Shown in pieces: positions 1 through 7,788 of a stretch of 12,124 nucleotides of DNA. The notes under the pieces were generated by a model. It was not told the DNA's origin, searched no databases, and was given only the letters and a program-made list of their open reading frames with translations. The position numbers and the translations under genes were made by a program. Source of the stretch: Bdellovibrionales bacterium (GTDB taxonomy: Bacteria > Bdellovibrionota > Bdellovibrionia > Bdellovibrionales > DASUEL01); contig JBFWOZ010000067.1 in NCBI GenBank assembly GCA_050250255.1, forward strand, positions 1-12,124. The letters run 5' to 3'. Position 1 is the stretch's first letter, and every line of letters starts with the position of its first letter.

Positions 1-89
1 TTCTGCTTCGAAGTTCAGAAAGGCTGAAATATCTCAGCAGCCGACTGTGACTAACACGGGTTCAAGCATCACCGAAAAGTAGGTTCGAT

Positions 90-347
90 TTATCGGTTGA
101 TAGGTTTCTTAGATGACTCTTGCGCTGCTGGAGTCGTTTCTTTTTTTGCAGCCGTATTGGCCGTTAGAGGTACATCGGCTTTCGCGCAAATAGCACAACT
201 CGTTTTTGTTTGATCCTGAAAGTCAGCGTCAAAGCTTGCCCCGCCAGTGAGAACATTTTCTTGAGAATCACCGAAATTGGATTCGGCCATGGCATAGCTC
301 ACAGAGCCTAAACTTAAAATCGAAATAAAAAAGAGAACTTTCAACAC
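90..347 (-). CDS. Small secreted, probably disordered CxxC protein; positional/putative homologue of Bdellovibrio Hit (Bd0108)
   Basis: GTG start with AAGGAG SD upstream; Sec signal peptide (MLKVLFFISILSLGSVSYAMA); polar low-complexity mature part with C51-A-I-C54; last gene of the tadA-tadB-YD operon, the position I recall for Bd0108. Confidence 0.7.
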   Translation of the reverse strand: MLKVLFFISILSLGSVSYAMAESNFGDSQENVLTGGASFDADFQDQTKTSCAICAKADVPLTANTAAKKETTPAAQESSKKPINR

Positions 348-378
348 ACCAAACTCCTTCTTGGTTCTTGTAGTACAA

Positions 379-2004
379 CTATAATCCTAAATCAACACCA
401 GCAGGCTCAACAACCTCGAGCAGATTGTTAAACGCCCCAGCAACCTGTACCGCAACGGTAGGGCCGGCGGGGCTATCCACCTTATTGATCTCGCCATTGT
501 TTTTATAAGAAACCTGAAGTGTTCCTACTCCTGGCCGCTCAACAGTGGCGGGTTTGCCAAATTTGTTTTCGTATTTGATATTCACTTGGCGTTTTGCCTG
601 ATCCATCAAACTTGTAATGCGTCCAACATGATCGTAACCAAGGTTTACAATTTGACCTTTTTTGTTTTTCGCATAAGTAAGATTGCATTTATAGTCATAC
701 TTATAGTTTGTCGATAGTCGGCCTTGAGATACTTTGCTGACTTTTTTGCAAGCTTCATCATATTCAAACGCGACTGCCAATTTTCCTTCGGTACGCTTTG
801 CGAGGAGGCCCGTACGTTCGTTATATTCGAATTTTGTTGTTCGACCATTTTTAGTGATGGAAAGAGGGCGTCCAAACACGGGATGGTAAGTGATATCCTG
901 AGTTTCGTTATTGTTCTTAATTAATACGCGAGAAAGATAAGTGTCGCCCTTTTGTTCGTTGGTTTTGTACCAAAACTCATAGCGACCTGTAGTAACGACT
1001 TTGTCGTTACATTTTTTTGTCACAGTAGACCAATAATGTTGTTTTGGATCATCTTTTGAAAGTTCGTACTTGTACTCTTCTTTACAATTGTCGCGGTCTT
1101 TGAAGCTCGTGACCCAGTCTTTGTTCGTATCGTAAGTGATTGTTTTTTTTGTTTTGTCTGGAAAGTCGATGCTCACGAGGTTGTGGAGATCATCGTAAGC
1201 GTAGCGGTACACGTTGCCGAAACCATTTTTAACCGTATCAAGATCATTTAAATTTTTAAATGTATACTCAGCACCTACACCATTTGGACCCGTGATTCGT
1301 TTTACTTTTTTGTTCGAGTAAAAGCTAAAATTGAGCTTCTTTCCGTTGTTATCGACCACATCTCGAAGTGTTTCGCCAGCATAAGTGAAGGCGAGCGAAT
1401 TTCCGTTTTTATCCACGAGTTGTACGAGGCGACCTTGAAAATCAAACTTTTGAGTTTCCCCACCTGGAAGTTTGCGGTGGTAGTAAGAATCACGAAGTTC
1501 GATAAAGTCTGGGCCACGTCCATTCGCCATAAAGCGACCGGCTTTTTGTAATTTCGATTGTAAGCCAAGATCTTCCATCATCTTGTCTCGAAGACGACGA
1601 TCGTTCTTGAGCTGGTTTGTTAAGTCGCTCAAGTAAGATCTCGTGAGATGAGAGCTTGTGCTTCTGAGTTTGGTAATTATTTGTTGAATCACAACATTCA
1701 CATCTTTTTTAGAAACGTTAGATGGCATATAGATCACTTCAAGACCGGCACCACACTCGGTAAGCTTGAGATTTCCTTCGGCGCTAATCTCGAGTGAAGT
1801 CTCGAAATCGGAGCACCAACCAAATCCGAACATACCGTTGAAGAGTGAGCGGCTGTTGTAAGTTCGCTGTACGCGAAGGTTATAGCCAGACCCCTGGATC
1901 TCAAGATCTATCCACGTTTCAGCGTAGTTGGCGTTTCTCATATCGACTAATGCGAAAGCAGAAACTGGAAGAAGCGAGATTAAAAGAATGAAGTGTTTCA
2001 TCAT
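379..2004 (-). CDS. Secreted YD-repeat/RHS-like protein with DUF6531-type N-terminal domain (Bd0109-like)
   Basis: AGGAG SD; signal peptide; DLEIQGSGYNLRVQRTYNS...GMFGFGW motif typical of RHS N-termini; many YD-type repeats (FDFQGRLVQLVDKNGN, YAYDDLHNLVSIDFPD, YDHVGRITSLMDQ); no RHS-core DPxG motif or toxin tail. Confidence 0.88.
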   Translation of the reverse strand: MMKHFILLISLLPVSAFALVDMRNANYAETWIDLEIQGSGYNLRVQRTYNSRSLFNGMFGFGWCSDFETSLEISAEGNLKLTECGAGLEVIYMPSNVSKKDVNVVIQQIITKLRSTSSHLTRSYLSDLTNQLKNDRRLRDKMMEDLGLQSKLQKAGRFMANGRGPDFIELRDSYYHRKLPGGETQKFDFQGRLVQLVDKNGNSLAFTYAGETLRDVVDNNGKKLNFSFYSNKKVKRITGPNGVGAEYTFKNLNDLDTVKNGFGNVYRYAYDDLHNLVSIDFPDKTKKTITYDTNKDWVTSFKDRDNCKEEYKYELSKDDPKQHYWSTVTKKCNDKVVTTGRYEFWYKTNEQKGDTYLSRVLIKNNNETQDITYHPVFGRPLSITKNGRTTKFEYNERTGLLAKRTEGKLAVAFEYDEACKKVSKVSQGRLSTNYKYDYKCNLTYAKNKKGQIVNLGYDHVGRITSLMDQAKRQVNIKYENKFGKPATVERPGVGTLQVSYKNNGEINKVDSPAGPTVAVQVAGAFNNLLEVVEPAGVDLGL

Positions 2005-2019
2005 TTCCGTGACTCCTGG

Positions 2020-2895
2020 TTACACTTTGATTTTAACAATATTTCGAATCATCAAGCCACCCGTAATTTGGAGGGCTAGCATTGCGAGCAAGAAGAAAAC
2101 ACCTAAGGTCGTGGTGAAGAGAGGTCTGATGTACGCTGGGTCCATAATGGCGAACATAAACAGAAGAAAAAATGGAACCATGGTGATGATAACTCCTTGC
2201 ATGACCCCTTGAGCAGTTAAAGCTTCGATTTTCTTTTCAATCTTCTGTCTTTCACGAATTGTCTCGACGATAGTCGAGAAAGTTTCGCCGAGATTACCGC
2301 CGGTTTCCCTTAAAATATTCACCGACAGCACAAACATTTGTACTTCTGCTCTGGGAATACGGTTTGCGAGTCCAGTAAGGGCTTCTTCATAGCTTAGCCC
2401 TAATCTCATTTGTGAGATTACTAGACCAAACTCCTGGCTGATCGGATTTCCCATGTTTTCTACAACACGTTCCATAGATTGAGGAACACTAAGTCCACTT
2501 CGTACACCGTTGCCCATAATAGTAAGTCCGTCCACCATTTGATCACCAAATTGTGAACAACGTTTGTTGTACATGTAATCCACTATGTATTTTGGAAGCG
2601 TCCAGCCGAGGGCGGTCATAATACAAAACATCAATGTCGCTGGAAAAAAATTTGGCCAGAGGAGAAGAAAAAATAAAAAGCCAATTCCAAAACTCATAAG
2701 GAGCATGACAATGGTAATGCGCTTTTGATCAATCTCCACGAACATAAGATCAAGCTTTTGAATTACATAATCTCGCTGCCCTAAGCTTTTTCGGTGAAGC
2801 CAACTAAGAATCGTATCAGACCAGTTATAGCTCACGATAAAAATGGAAATACCCAAAAGCGGAATAAGCACCCAATCGTTCGAAAAAATTCCCAT
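2020..2895 (-). CDS. tadB: Tad/Flp pilus inner-membrane platform protein TadB (T2SS F family)
   Basis: N-terminal TM segments; DGLTIMGNGVRSGLSVPQS and ETGGNLGETFSTIVETIRERQKIEKKIEALTAQG motifs; two C-terminal TM segments; ATG overlaps the ATPase TAA (TAATG coupling). Confidence 0.9.
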   Translation of the reverse strand: MGIFSNDWVLIPLLGISIFIVSYNWSDTILSWLHRKSLGQRDYVIQKLDLMFVEIDQKRITIVMLLMSFGIGFLFFLLLWPNFFPATLMFCIMTALGWTLPKYIVDYMYNKRCSQFGDQMVDGLTIMGNGVRSGLSVPQSMERVVENMGNPISQEFGLVISQMRLGLSYEEALTGLANRIPRAEVQMFVLSVNILRETGGNLGETFSTIVETIRERQKIEKKIEALTAQGVMQGVIITMVPFFLLFMFAIMDPAYIRPLFTTTLGVFFLLAMLALQITGGLMIRNIVKIKV

Positions 2896-5081
2896 TAGCT
2901 ACCTCCGCTTGCTTTTTTTACAGGTGGAGTGTTCTGTGGATTTGTTGAAGTCGTATTATTGGTGAAAAGAGTTCTTGGAATCTTCACACCTCGTCGTTCA
3001 AACTCTTCAATGAAAGAAGGGATCAATCCCATAGCCTGGAATTGGCCAATGATTTTTCTATTTTTATCAAAGCCTTCTTCTTTGAATCGGAAAATTTCCT
3101 GTAGGGTCACTGTTTCTCCCTGCATGCCGACAACTTCTGTAATACTAATGATTTTTCGTGTACCATCAGAAAGACGAGAAATTTGGATGATTAAATCTAC
3201 CGCACCAGCAATTTGTTCGCGAATCGCGCGTGCGGGTAAATCCATTCCTGCCATCATACAGAGAGTTTCTAAGCGACCGATGGCTTCGCGAGGACTGTTT
3301 GAGTGAACCGTTGTCATAGACCCATCGTGACCGGTGTTCATGGCAGAAAGCATATCTAAAGCTTCACCACCCCGACACTCTCCTACAATGATTCGATCAG
3401 GACGCATACGAAGTGTGTTGCGAACAAGATCGCGGATTGTGACCGAGCCGGTACCCTCCATGTTCGCAGGTCGCGTTTCAAGCCTCACGACGTGAGTTTG
3501 TTTCAATTGAAGTTCGGCGGCATCTTCTACCGTGATAATTCTTTCGGTCGTAGGGATAAAGCTTGAAAGCACATTGAGAAGTGTGGTTTTACCAGATCCG
3601 GTACCGCCCGAAACAATTACGTTCAGTCCGTTTTCCACACAGATTTTTAGGAAATCGACCATGGATTGAGTCATCGATCCCCATTCGAGGTAATTTTTTG
3701 TCGTGATAGGTTTTTTAGCGAATTTACGAATTGTCACTGCAGGGCCATCAATTGAAAGAGGTTCAATAATGGCGTGCACTCGGCTTCCATCTTTTAAGCG
3801 CGCATCCACATAAGGTGTTTTTTCATCAATGCGGCGGCCAAGAGGAGTCACGATACGTTCGATCACGTTTCTTAATTGTAAATTCGAGGTGAATGTCACA
3901 TCGCTTTTTTGAACTTTGCCTGATTTTTCTACGAAAATGGTATCCCGTCCATTCACCATGATTTCCGTTACGCTTTCATCATTGAGAAGATCTTCGAGAG
4001 GGCCGAGGGCCAAAGCCTCGTCTAAGATTTCTTTCACAACTTGGACGCGTTCGTTACGAGGCATATTTGCCTGTTCACGATCTACGAGTTGAGAGATCAC
4101 CTGCTGTGTCTTTTGTTTAAGCGCTAATTCTTTTGCTGGATCACCATTTGTATCCGTGAGCCCTTTTTTGAGATCAAGTGCTTTAATGAGTTCTGAGTGA
4201 ATACGCATTTTGAGAAGCGTTCGCGGATCCAGTGGCTTCACGGCCGGTTTCATGGGACTTGCATCATCGCTTGTCGTTTCAGATTTTTTGATTTGCAAAG
4301 TGGTGGGACGTTGCACGTTTTGTAGACGCTGCAAAATTCCACCAGATGCAATATTTCGAGCGAGATCGTGGTAACTGGCACTCATAGGAGTTTTACTTTG
4401 GCTCACGACAAAAGGACTTGAGCGTTGTAAAGCAGCGGTCGCAGTCACATCATCTTGAGGAATAACCGCGATGACTTGTTTGCGTAAAGTTTGCGAAACC
4501 ATTTGTGGGGATAGCCCATTCGGGCTTGTCTTATTAAGAACTATTTGAATCATATCGCTGGGTAATGTGGCGCGAGCTAATTCATTCAGTAATCGGTAAG
4601 TTTGATTGACGGCGAGAATCTCTGGAGTCGTCAGAACTAAGCACAAAGTAGAAACGGTGAGTGTGCTCATCTGTACGGGGCCTAATTCGGAACCAAGATC
4701 GATAATAATGTAATTGAAGAATCGAGTAAGGTTTTCAAGAGTTCTCACGAGAGTATCAGGTTCGCATCCTAATTGTTCGTCGGGAGATCGCACGGCCGCT
4801 AAATAATAAATTCCGTTAGGATGTTTTGTGAGAAGAGTTGGAATTGTTTGTGCCGTCAATGCCCCCGTATATTGAGTGAGCTCGCGTACGGTTTTTGTAG
4901 GTTTTAAGCCGGTGATGATATTTTGATCTCCACAGCTTTTACTATCGAGATCTATTAAGAGAACAGAGCCGCGTGTTTCAATAGGGAGAGTGAGTGCGAA
5001 GTTCGCCGCAAAGACACTTTTCCCCACGCCGCCTTTTCCACCAATGACTGAAATGATGTGACCTGTATTTTGCGAAGACAC
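2895..5081 (-). CDS. tadA: Fusion of TadZ/CpaE (MinD/ParA-like) domain and TadA/CpaF pilus assembly ATPase
   Basis: GTG start with GAGGGAG SD; N-terminal deviant Walker [10 protein letters not shown] and LLIDLD; C-terminal Walker [10 protein letters not shown], Asp box ITVEDAAEL, Walker [15 protein letters not shown], His box [15 protein letters not shown]. Confidence 0.92.
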   Translation of the reverse strand: MSSQNTGHIISVIGGKGGVGKSVFAANFALTLPIETRGSVLLIDLDSKSCGDQNIITGLKPTKTVRELTQYTGALTAQTIPTLLTKHPNGIYYLAAVRSPDEQLGCEPDTLVRTLENLTRFFNYIIIDLGSELGPVQMSTLTVSTLCLVLTTPEILAVNQTYRLLNELARATLPSDMIQIVLNKTSPNGLSPQMVSQTLRKQVIAVIPQDDVTATAALQRSSPFVVSQSKTPMSASYHDLARNIASGGILQRLQNVQRPTTLQIKKSETTSDDASPMKPAVKPLDPRTLLKMRIHSELIKALDLKKGLTDTNGDPAKELALKQKTQQVISQLVDREQANMPRNERVQVVKEILDEALALGPLEDLLNDESVTEIMVNGRDTIFVEKSGKVQKSDVTFTSNLQLRNVIERIVTPLGRRIDEKTPYVDARLKDGSRVHAIIEPLSIDGPAVTIRKFAKKPITTKNYLEWGSMTQSMVDFLKICVENGLNVIVSGGTGSGKTTLLNVLSSFIPTTERIITVEDAAELQLKQTHVVRLETRPANMEGTGSVTIRDLVRNTLRMRPDRIIVGECRGGEALDMLSAMNTGHDGSMTTVHSNSPREAIGRLETLCMMAGMDLPARAIREQIAGAVDLIIQISRLSDGTRKIISITEVVGMQGETVTLQEIFRFKEEGFDKNRKIIGQFQAMGLIPSFIEEFERRGVKIPRTLFTNNTTSTNPQNTPPVKKASGGS

Positions 5082-5106
5082 TTTTAAGATCTCCCTCGTT
5101 GTTAAC

Positions 5107-5134
5107 TTGTCGGAATTTATAAGCTTTTTTATTA
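5107..5134 (-). promoter_or_regulatory. Weak sigma28 (FliA)-like promoter candidate for the tad/hit-like operon
   Basis: Minus strand TAAT-N16-TCCGACAA versus consensus TAAA-N15-GCCGATAA, 25 nt upstream of the GTG start; spacing and -35 are imperfect. Confidence 0.35.
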
Positions 5135-5192
5135 CTCATGAGAGCAAGATCAGGACTAACGATGAGTGCGAGAAACGGGACATATGTCGCAT

Positions 5193-5219
5193 TAAGAGGA
5201 TCTCGGAATGAGCCGAATA
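5193..5219 (+). promoter_or_regulatory. Sigma28 (FliA)-type promoter
   Basis: TAAG(5193-5196)-N15-GCCGAATA(5212-5219), canonical spacing, about 75 nt upstream of ATG 5294. Confidence 0.7.
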
Positions 5220-5228
5220 TTTATTCAA

Positions 5229-5289
5229 GCCAGGACGGCCCATTTTTACAAAGACCAGGATGGTAACTACTGAACCAGGGAAAGGGTTC
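5229..5289 (+). promoter_or_regulatory. Three GGA-in-loop hairpins in the 5' UTR; putative CsrA/RsmA binding sites
   Basis: GCC-AGGAC-GGC (5229-5239), ACC-AGGAT-GGT (5254-5264), GAACC-AGGGAAAG-GGTTC (5272-5289, over the SD region). Confidence 0.6.
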
Positions 5290-5293
5290 TTTT

Positions 5294-6073
5294 ATGTTTG
5301 CCAGATGGTTTGGCTATTCTATTCTTGTTGTCGCCTTTGTTGGGCTTCTCAGTTTTTTCTGTGAAATTGCTTACTCTCGAGAAGTCGCGATATTTTCCGT
5401 CAATAAAACATTGCAGATGGATCCTGATGAACCTGTTTACCACGATTACTATATAAGTGGTGGATCAGAACAAGGATTTAGAACGGGTATGCAAGTCACG
5501 GTGATTCGTAGAGTTCCCGTACATGATCTCTCCCGTAATCGAGCGCTAGGTGATCTTCGGTTACCAATTGCAAAATTAAAATTAATCTTTGTTCAAAAAG
5601 GGATGGCTGTAGGTCGTCTGGCAACTCTGACCTCCGCAAAAAATTCGCCGATCGTGGATTATAATGGGGTCATGATTGGCGATGCAATCTCTCTTGGTAA
5701 CGGACTGGATGCTAACGGCATTATGGAAGTAAACGAAGAGGGTGAAGGAAATTCGGGTAAAAGTGAATCAGGTGATTCGACTCTTAAATCAGAAGGTACT
5801 TCAGATGAAAAAGCAGAGTCTAAATCTGAAGTACCTGCCGCAGTAGAGTCGACGTCTGCCGCACCGGAGGGAGCTCCAGAGCCAGCTCCTCTTACGCCTG
5901 AGGAAATCACTAAGAACCTTATGCCGAAAGAGACGAAGACAGATGTTTCCTCGCGAGTACCAGCCGCGGCAGAGCCTAAGCCTGCGAAACCAAAAGAAAA
6001 ACAACAGCCAAGCGCGGTTCCTCATAAAGCCGACCCTGCTGTCGAAAACACCCTCCTAGCTCCAAAAGCTTAG
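5294..6073 (+). CDS. Exported hypothetical protein: small beta domain (FlgT C-terminal-like by eye) plus long E/S/P/A/K-rich disordered tail
   Basis: 259-aa ORF; hydrophobic N-terminus; YISGGSEQGFRTGMQVTVIR...IAKLKLIFV...VMIGDAI pattern; C-terminal half is low complexity. Confidence 0.75.
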   Translation: MFARWFGYSILVVAFVGLLSFFCEIAYSREVAIFSVNKTLQMDPDEPVYHDYYISGGSEQGFRTGMQVTVIRRVPVHDLSRNRALGDLRLPIAKLKLIFVQKGMAVGRLATLTSAKNSPIVDYNGVMIGDAISLGNGLDANGIMEVNEEGEGNSGKSESGDSTLKSEGTSDEKAESKSEVPAAVESTSAAPEGAPEPAPLTPEEITKNLMPKETKTDVSSRVPAAAEPKPAKPKEKQQPSAVPHKADPAVENTLLAPKA

Positions 6074-6078
6074 GGGGA

Positions 6079-6101
6079 GTTCATCAGTCTCTCTGATGAG
6101 C
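6079..6101 (+). terminator. Hairpin just after the stop codon (possible terminator or stability element)
   Basis: GT-TCATCAG-TCTCT-CTGATGA-GC; no U-tract follows. Confidence 0.35.
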
Positions 6102-6202
6102 CATCGTTATAACTACTAATTTTACTAATTAATTGGTTTTGTTTAAACCTCTCTTTGTAACAACAACCGCACAAAACGGTTCACAAACTTGGAGAGATAC
6201 TA

Positions 6203-6751
6203 ATGAAAACCTTAATTATTCTTTTTGCCTTATTTTTTAGCTTTGCAAGCGAAGCTTCTTTTTTACCAACACACGCGACAGGACAACTTGAAGTTGTTCG
6301 TTTAGATCAAAATCATTTTTCACACTTGTTTGTGAACTCTGCCTACATCGTTGTGGACGATGTGAAAAAATCTGTACATTTAATCGTTCATGGCATCCCT
6401 AAGATCACAACAATGGAGTGTCGTATGTCTAAGGACTCTAAAGGTTGTCTCCCACCTCCAGCAATTGCTGAAGACATTGAACTTCCAATTATTTCTGACG
6501 AGCGTACTCGCTGTGGAACGCGCAAGATAGTCGCTGCTGTTGATGATCGTCCAGTCGACGGTCTTTTTAGCTCTCTAGAAATTGTTGAAAAACGTTCTCT
6601 TGCTGGAAATGTTCGTTGTATGGACGCGCATGCTGAGGCAGGTTCAACTCGCGTGGTTTACACGACTTCCATTCAGACACGAGGCTCAGCCGTGTTCACA
6701 TGGACTTCTTACTTTCAAGGCCAAGCTCTCGTATATCCATTCCAAGATTAA
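6203..6751 (+). CDS. Secreted hypothetical protein with four Cys
   Basis: GGAGAG SD; signal peptide MKTLIILFALFFSFASEA; 182 aa, beta-rich appearance; no family recognised. Confidence 0.8.
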   Translation: MKTLIILFALFFSFASEASFLPTHATGQLEVVRLDQNHFSHLFVNSAYIVVDDVKKSVHLIVHGIPKITTMECRMSKDSKGCLPPPAIAEDIELPIISDERTRCGTRKIVAAVDDRPVDGLFSSLEIVEKRSLAGNVRCMDAHAEAGSTRVVYTTSIQTRGSAVFTWTSYFQGQALVYPFQD

Positions 6752-6770
6752 TTCCTTAAAGGTTCTCGTT

Positions 6771-6792
6771 GCTGGCTTCGCTCGCAGCCAGC
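6771..6792 (+). terminator. GC-rich hairpin downstream of the 182-aa gene (probable terminator)
   Basis: GCTGGCT-TCGCTCGC-AGCCAGC followed by TTCT; weak U-tract. Confidence 0.45.
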
Positions 6793-6900
6793 TTCTCCCC
6801 TGCTCAAGAAACGTACACTCCTGAAAAAAATGCTTACGCTTGCTAACAGCTAAGACTCTTCATATTTTTGCACCTGCCAGTATGGTAATTTTCTTTCGTT

Positions 6901-7785
6901 GTGAATTCTTATTTTTGCCTTACAGTTAAAAATCTTACGTCTGAAGAACTTGATGTGTTCTCTGCCGAATGTTTTGAGCGTGGAGCCGGTGGTGTTGAAG
7001 AACAACTCGCCTTTACGCAAGACTCTTTGGAGTATGAACCCAAGTTGCTGGAATCTGATACCCACAGCGTGAAGGTTTACTTTACAGAGAAGCCAGACGA
7101 AGATTTGGTGTCTTCATTACAAAACAACTATCCAGAGGCTCAGTTTTTATTAAACCAAGAGCAGAATAAAGATTGGATGGCCGAGTGGAAAAAAAGTTAC
7201 AGGCCTTTTCCACTCGTTAGTACTTTTTGGGTTGTGCCTTCTTGGTGTGAAACACCCGCAGAATGTAAAACGCCTATCCGCATCGACCCAGGTATGGCGT
7301 TTGGGACGGGCACGCACGCTACTACGCAACTCTCTGCTCGCCTTCTTCTCGAAAGACTTTCAGAGGATGAGACCGAGAACCCTTCGCTCATTGATGTTGG
7401 TACAGGTACTGGGATTCTGGCGATGCTCGGTCGCTTTTTAGGAGTAGAAAAAATTGTTGCAACCGACATTGATCCACAGGCTTGCATCGTTGCTGAAGAA
7501 AACTTTGAACTGAATCAAATCCAAAATATTTTAACGACATCAGATGATATCAGCCAGGTGGGTGATGAGTTTGATTTTGTTGTTGCGAACATTGTTGATG
7601 GCGTATTGATCAAATTAAAAAGCCATTTACTCAGACTCCTAAAACCTCAAGGCTCATTGATTGTTTCGGGGATTTTGAAAGAGAGAGAAAATATTTTTGA
7701 GACGGACTTTATTCAAGCTGAGTCTTTAAAGGTGATTAAAAAATACGAAAAAGATGAATGGTTAGGATACGAATTAAAAAGGTAA
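6901..7785 (+). CDS. prmA: 50S ribosomal protein L11 methyltransferase
   Basis: DWMAEWKKSYRP, IDPGMAFGTGTHATT, SAM motif IDVGTGTGILA, VVANI, LIVSGIL; adjacent to rsmE. GTG start lacks an obvious SD. Confidence 0.95.
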   Translation: MNSYFCLTVKNLTSEELDVFSAECFERGAGGVEEQLAFTQDSLEYEPKLLESDTHSVKVYFTEKPDEDLVSSLQNNYPEAQFLLNQEQNKDWMAEWKKSYRPFPLVSTFWVVPSWCETPAECKTPIRIDPGMAFGTGTHATTQLSARLLLERLSEDETENPSLIDVGTGTGILAMLGRFLGVEKIVATDIDPQACIVAEENFELNQIQNILTTSDDISQVGDEFDFVVANIVDGVLIKLKSHLLRLLKPQGSLIVSGILKERENIFETDFIQAESLKVIKKYEKDEWLGYELKR

Positions 7786-7788
7786 GTC

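Noticed and set aside
2..82. Open + strand frame (SASKFRKAEISQQPTVTNTGSSITEK*) that could be the 3' end of a convergent gene
   Set aside because: Only 26 codons at the window edge with no recognisable motif; cannot be supported without upstream sequence.
90..2004. RHS toxin plus immunity pair
   Set aside because: No RHS core/DPxG motif or toxin domain; the small gene is a secreted low-complexity peptide; tad context fits a hit-like locus better.
645..3306. Alternative-frame and antisense ORFs (645-875, 724-924, 1302-1568, 1928-2212, 2929-3306)
   Set aside because: They overlap well-supported genes and show no motifs; shadow ORFs.
6044..6101. Hammerhead ribozyme (CTGATGAG core with upstream GAAA)
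   Set aside because: The CTGATGA is itself paired with TCATCAG, and the required stems I and II cannot be formed.
5659..7487. Short overlapping ORFs (5659-5910, 5801-6025, 6582-6824, 6850-7065, 7197-7487, 7232-7441)
   Set aside because: Antisense or out-of-frame shadows of real genes.
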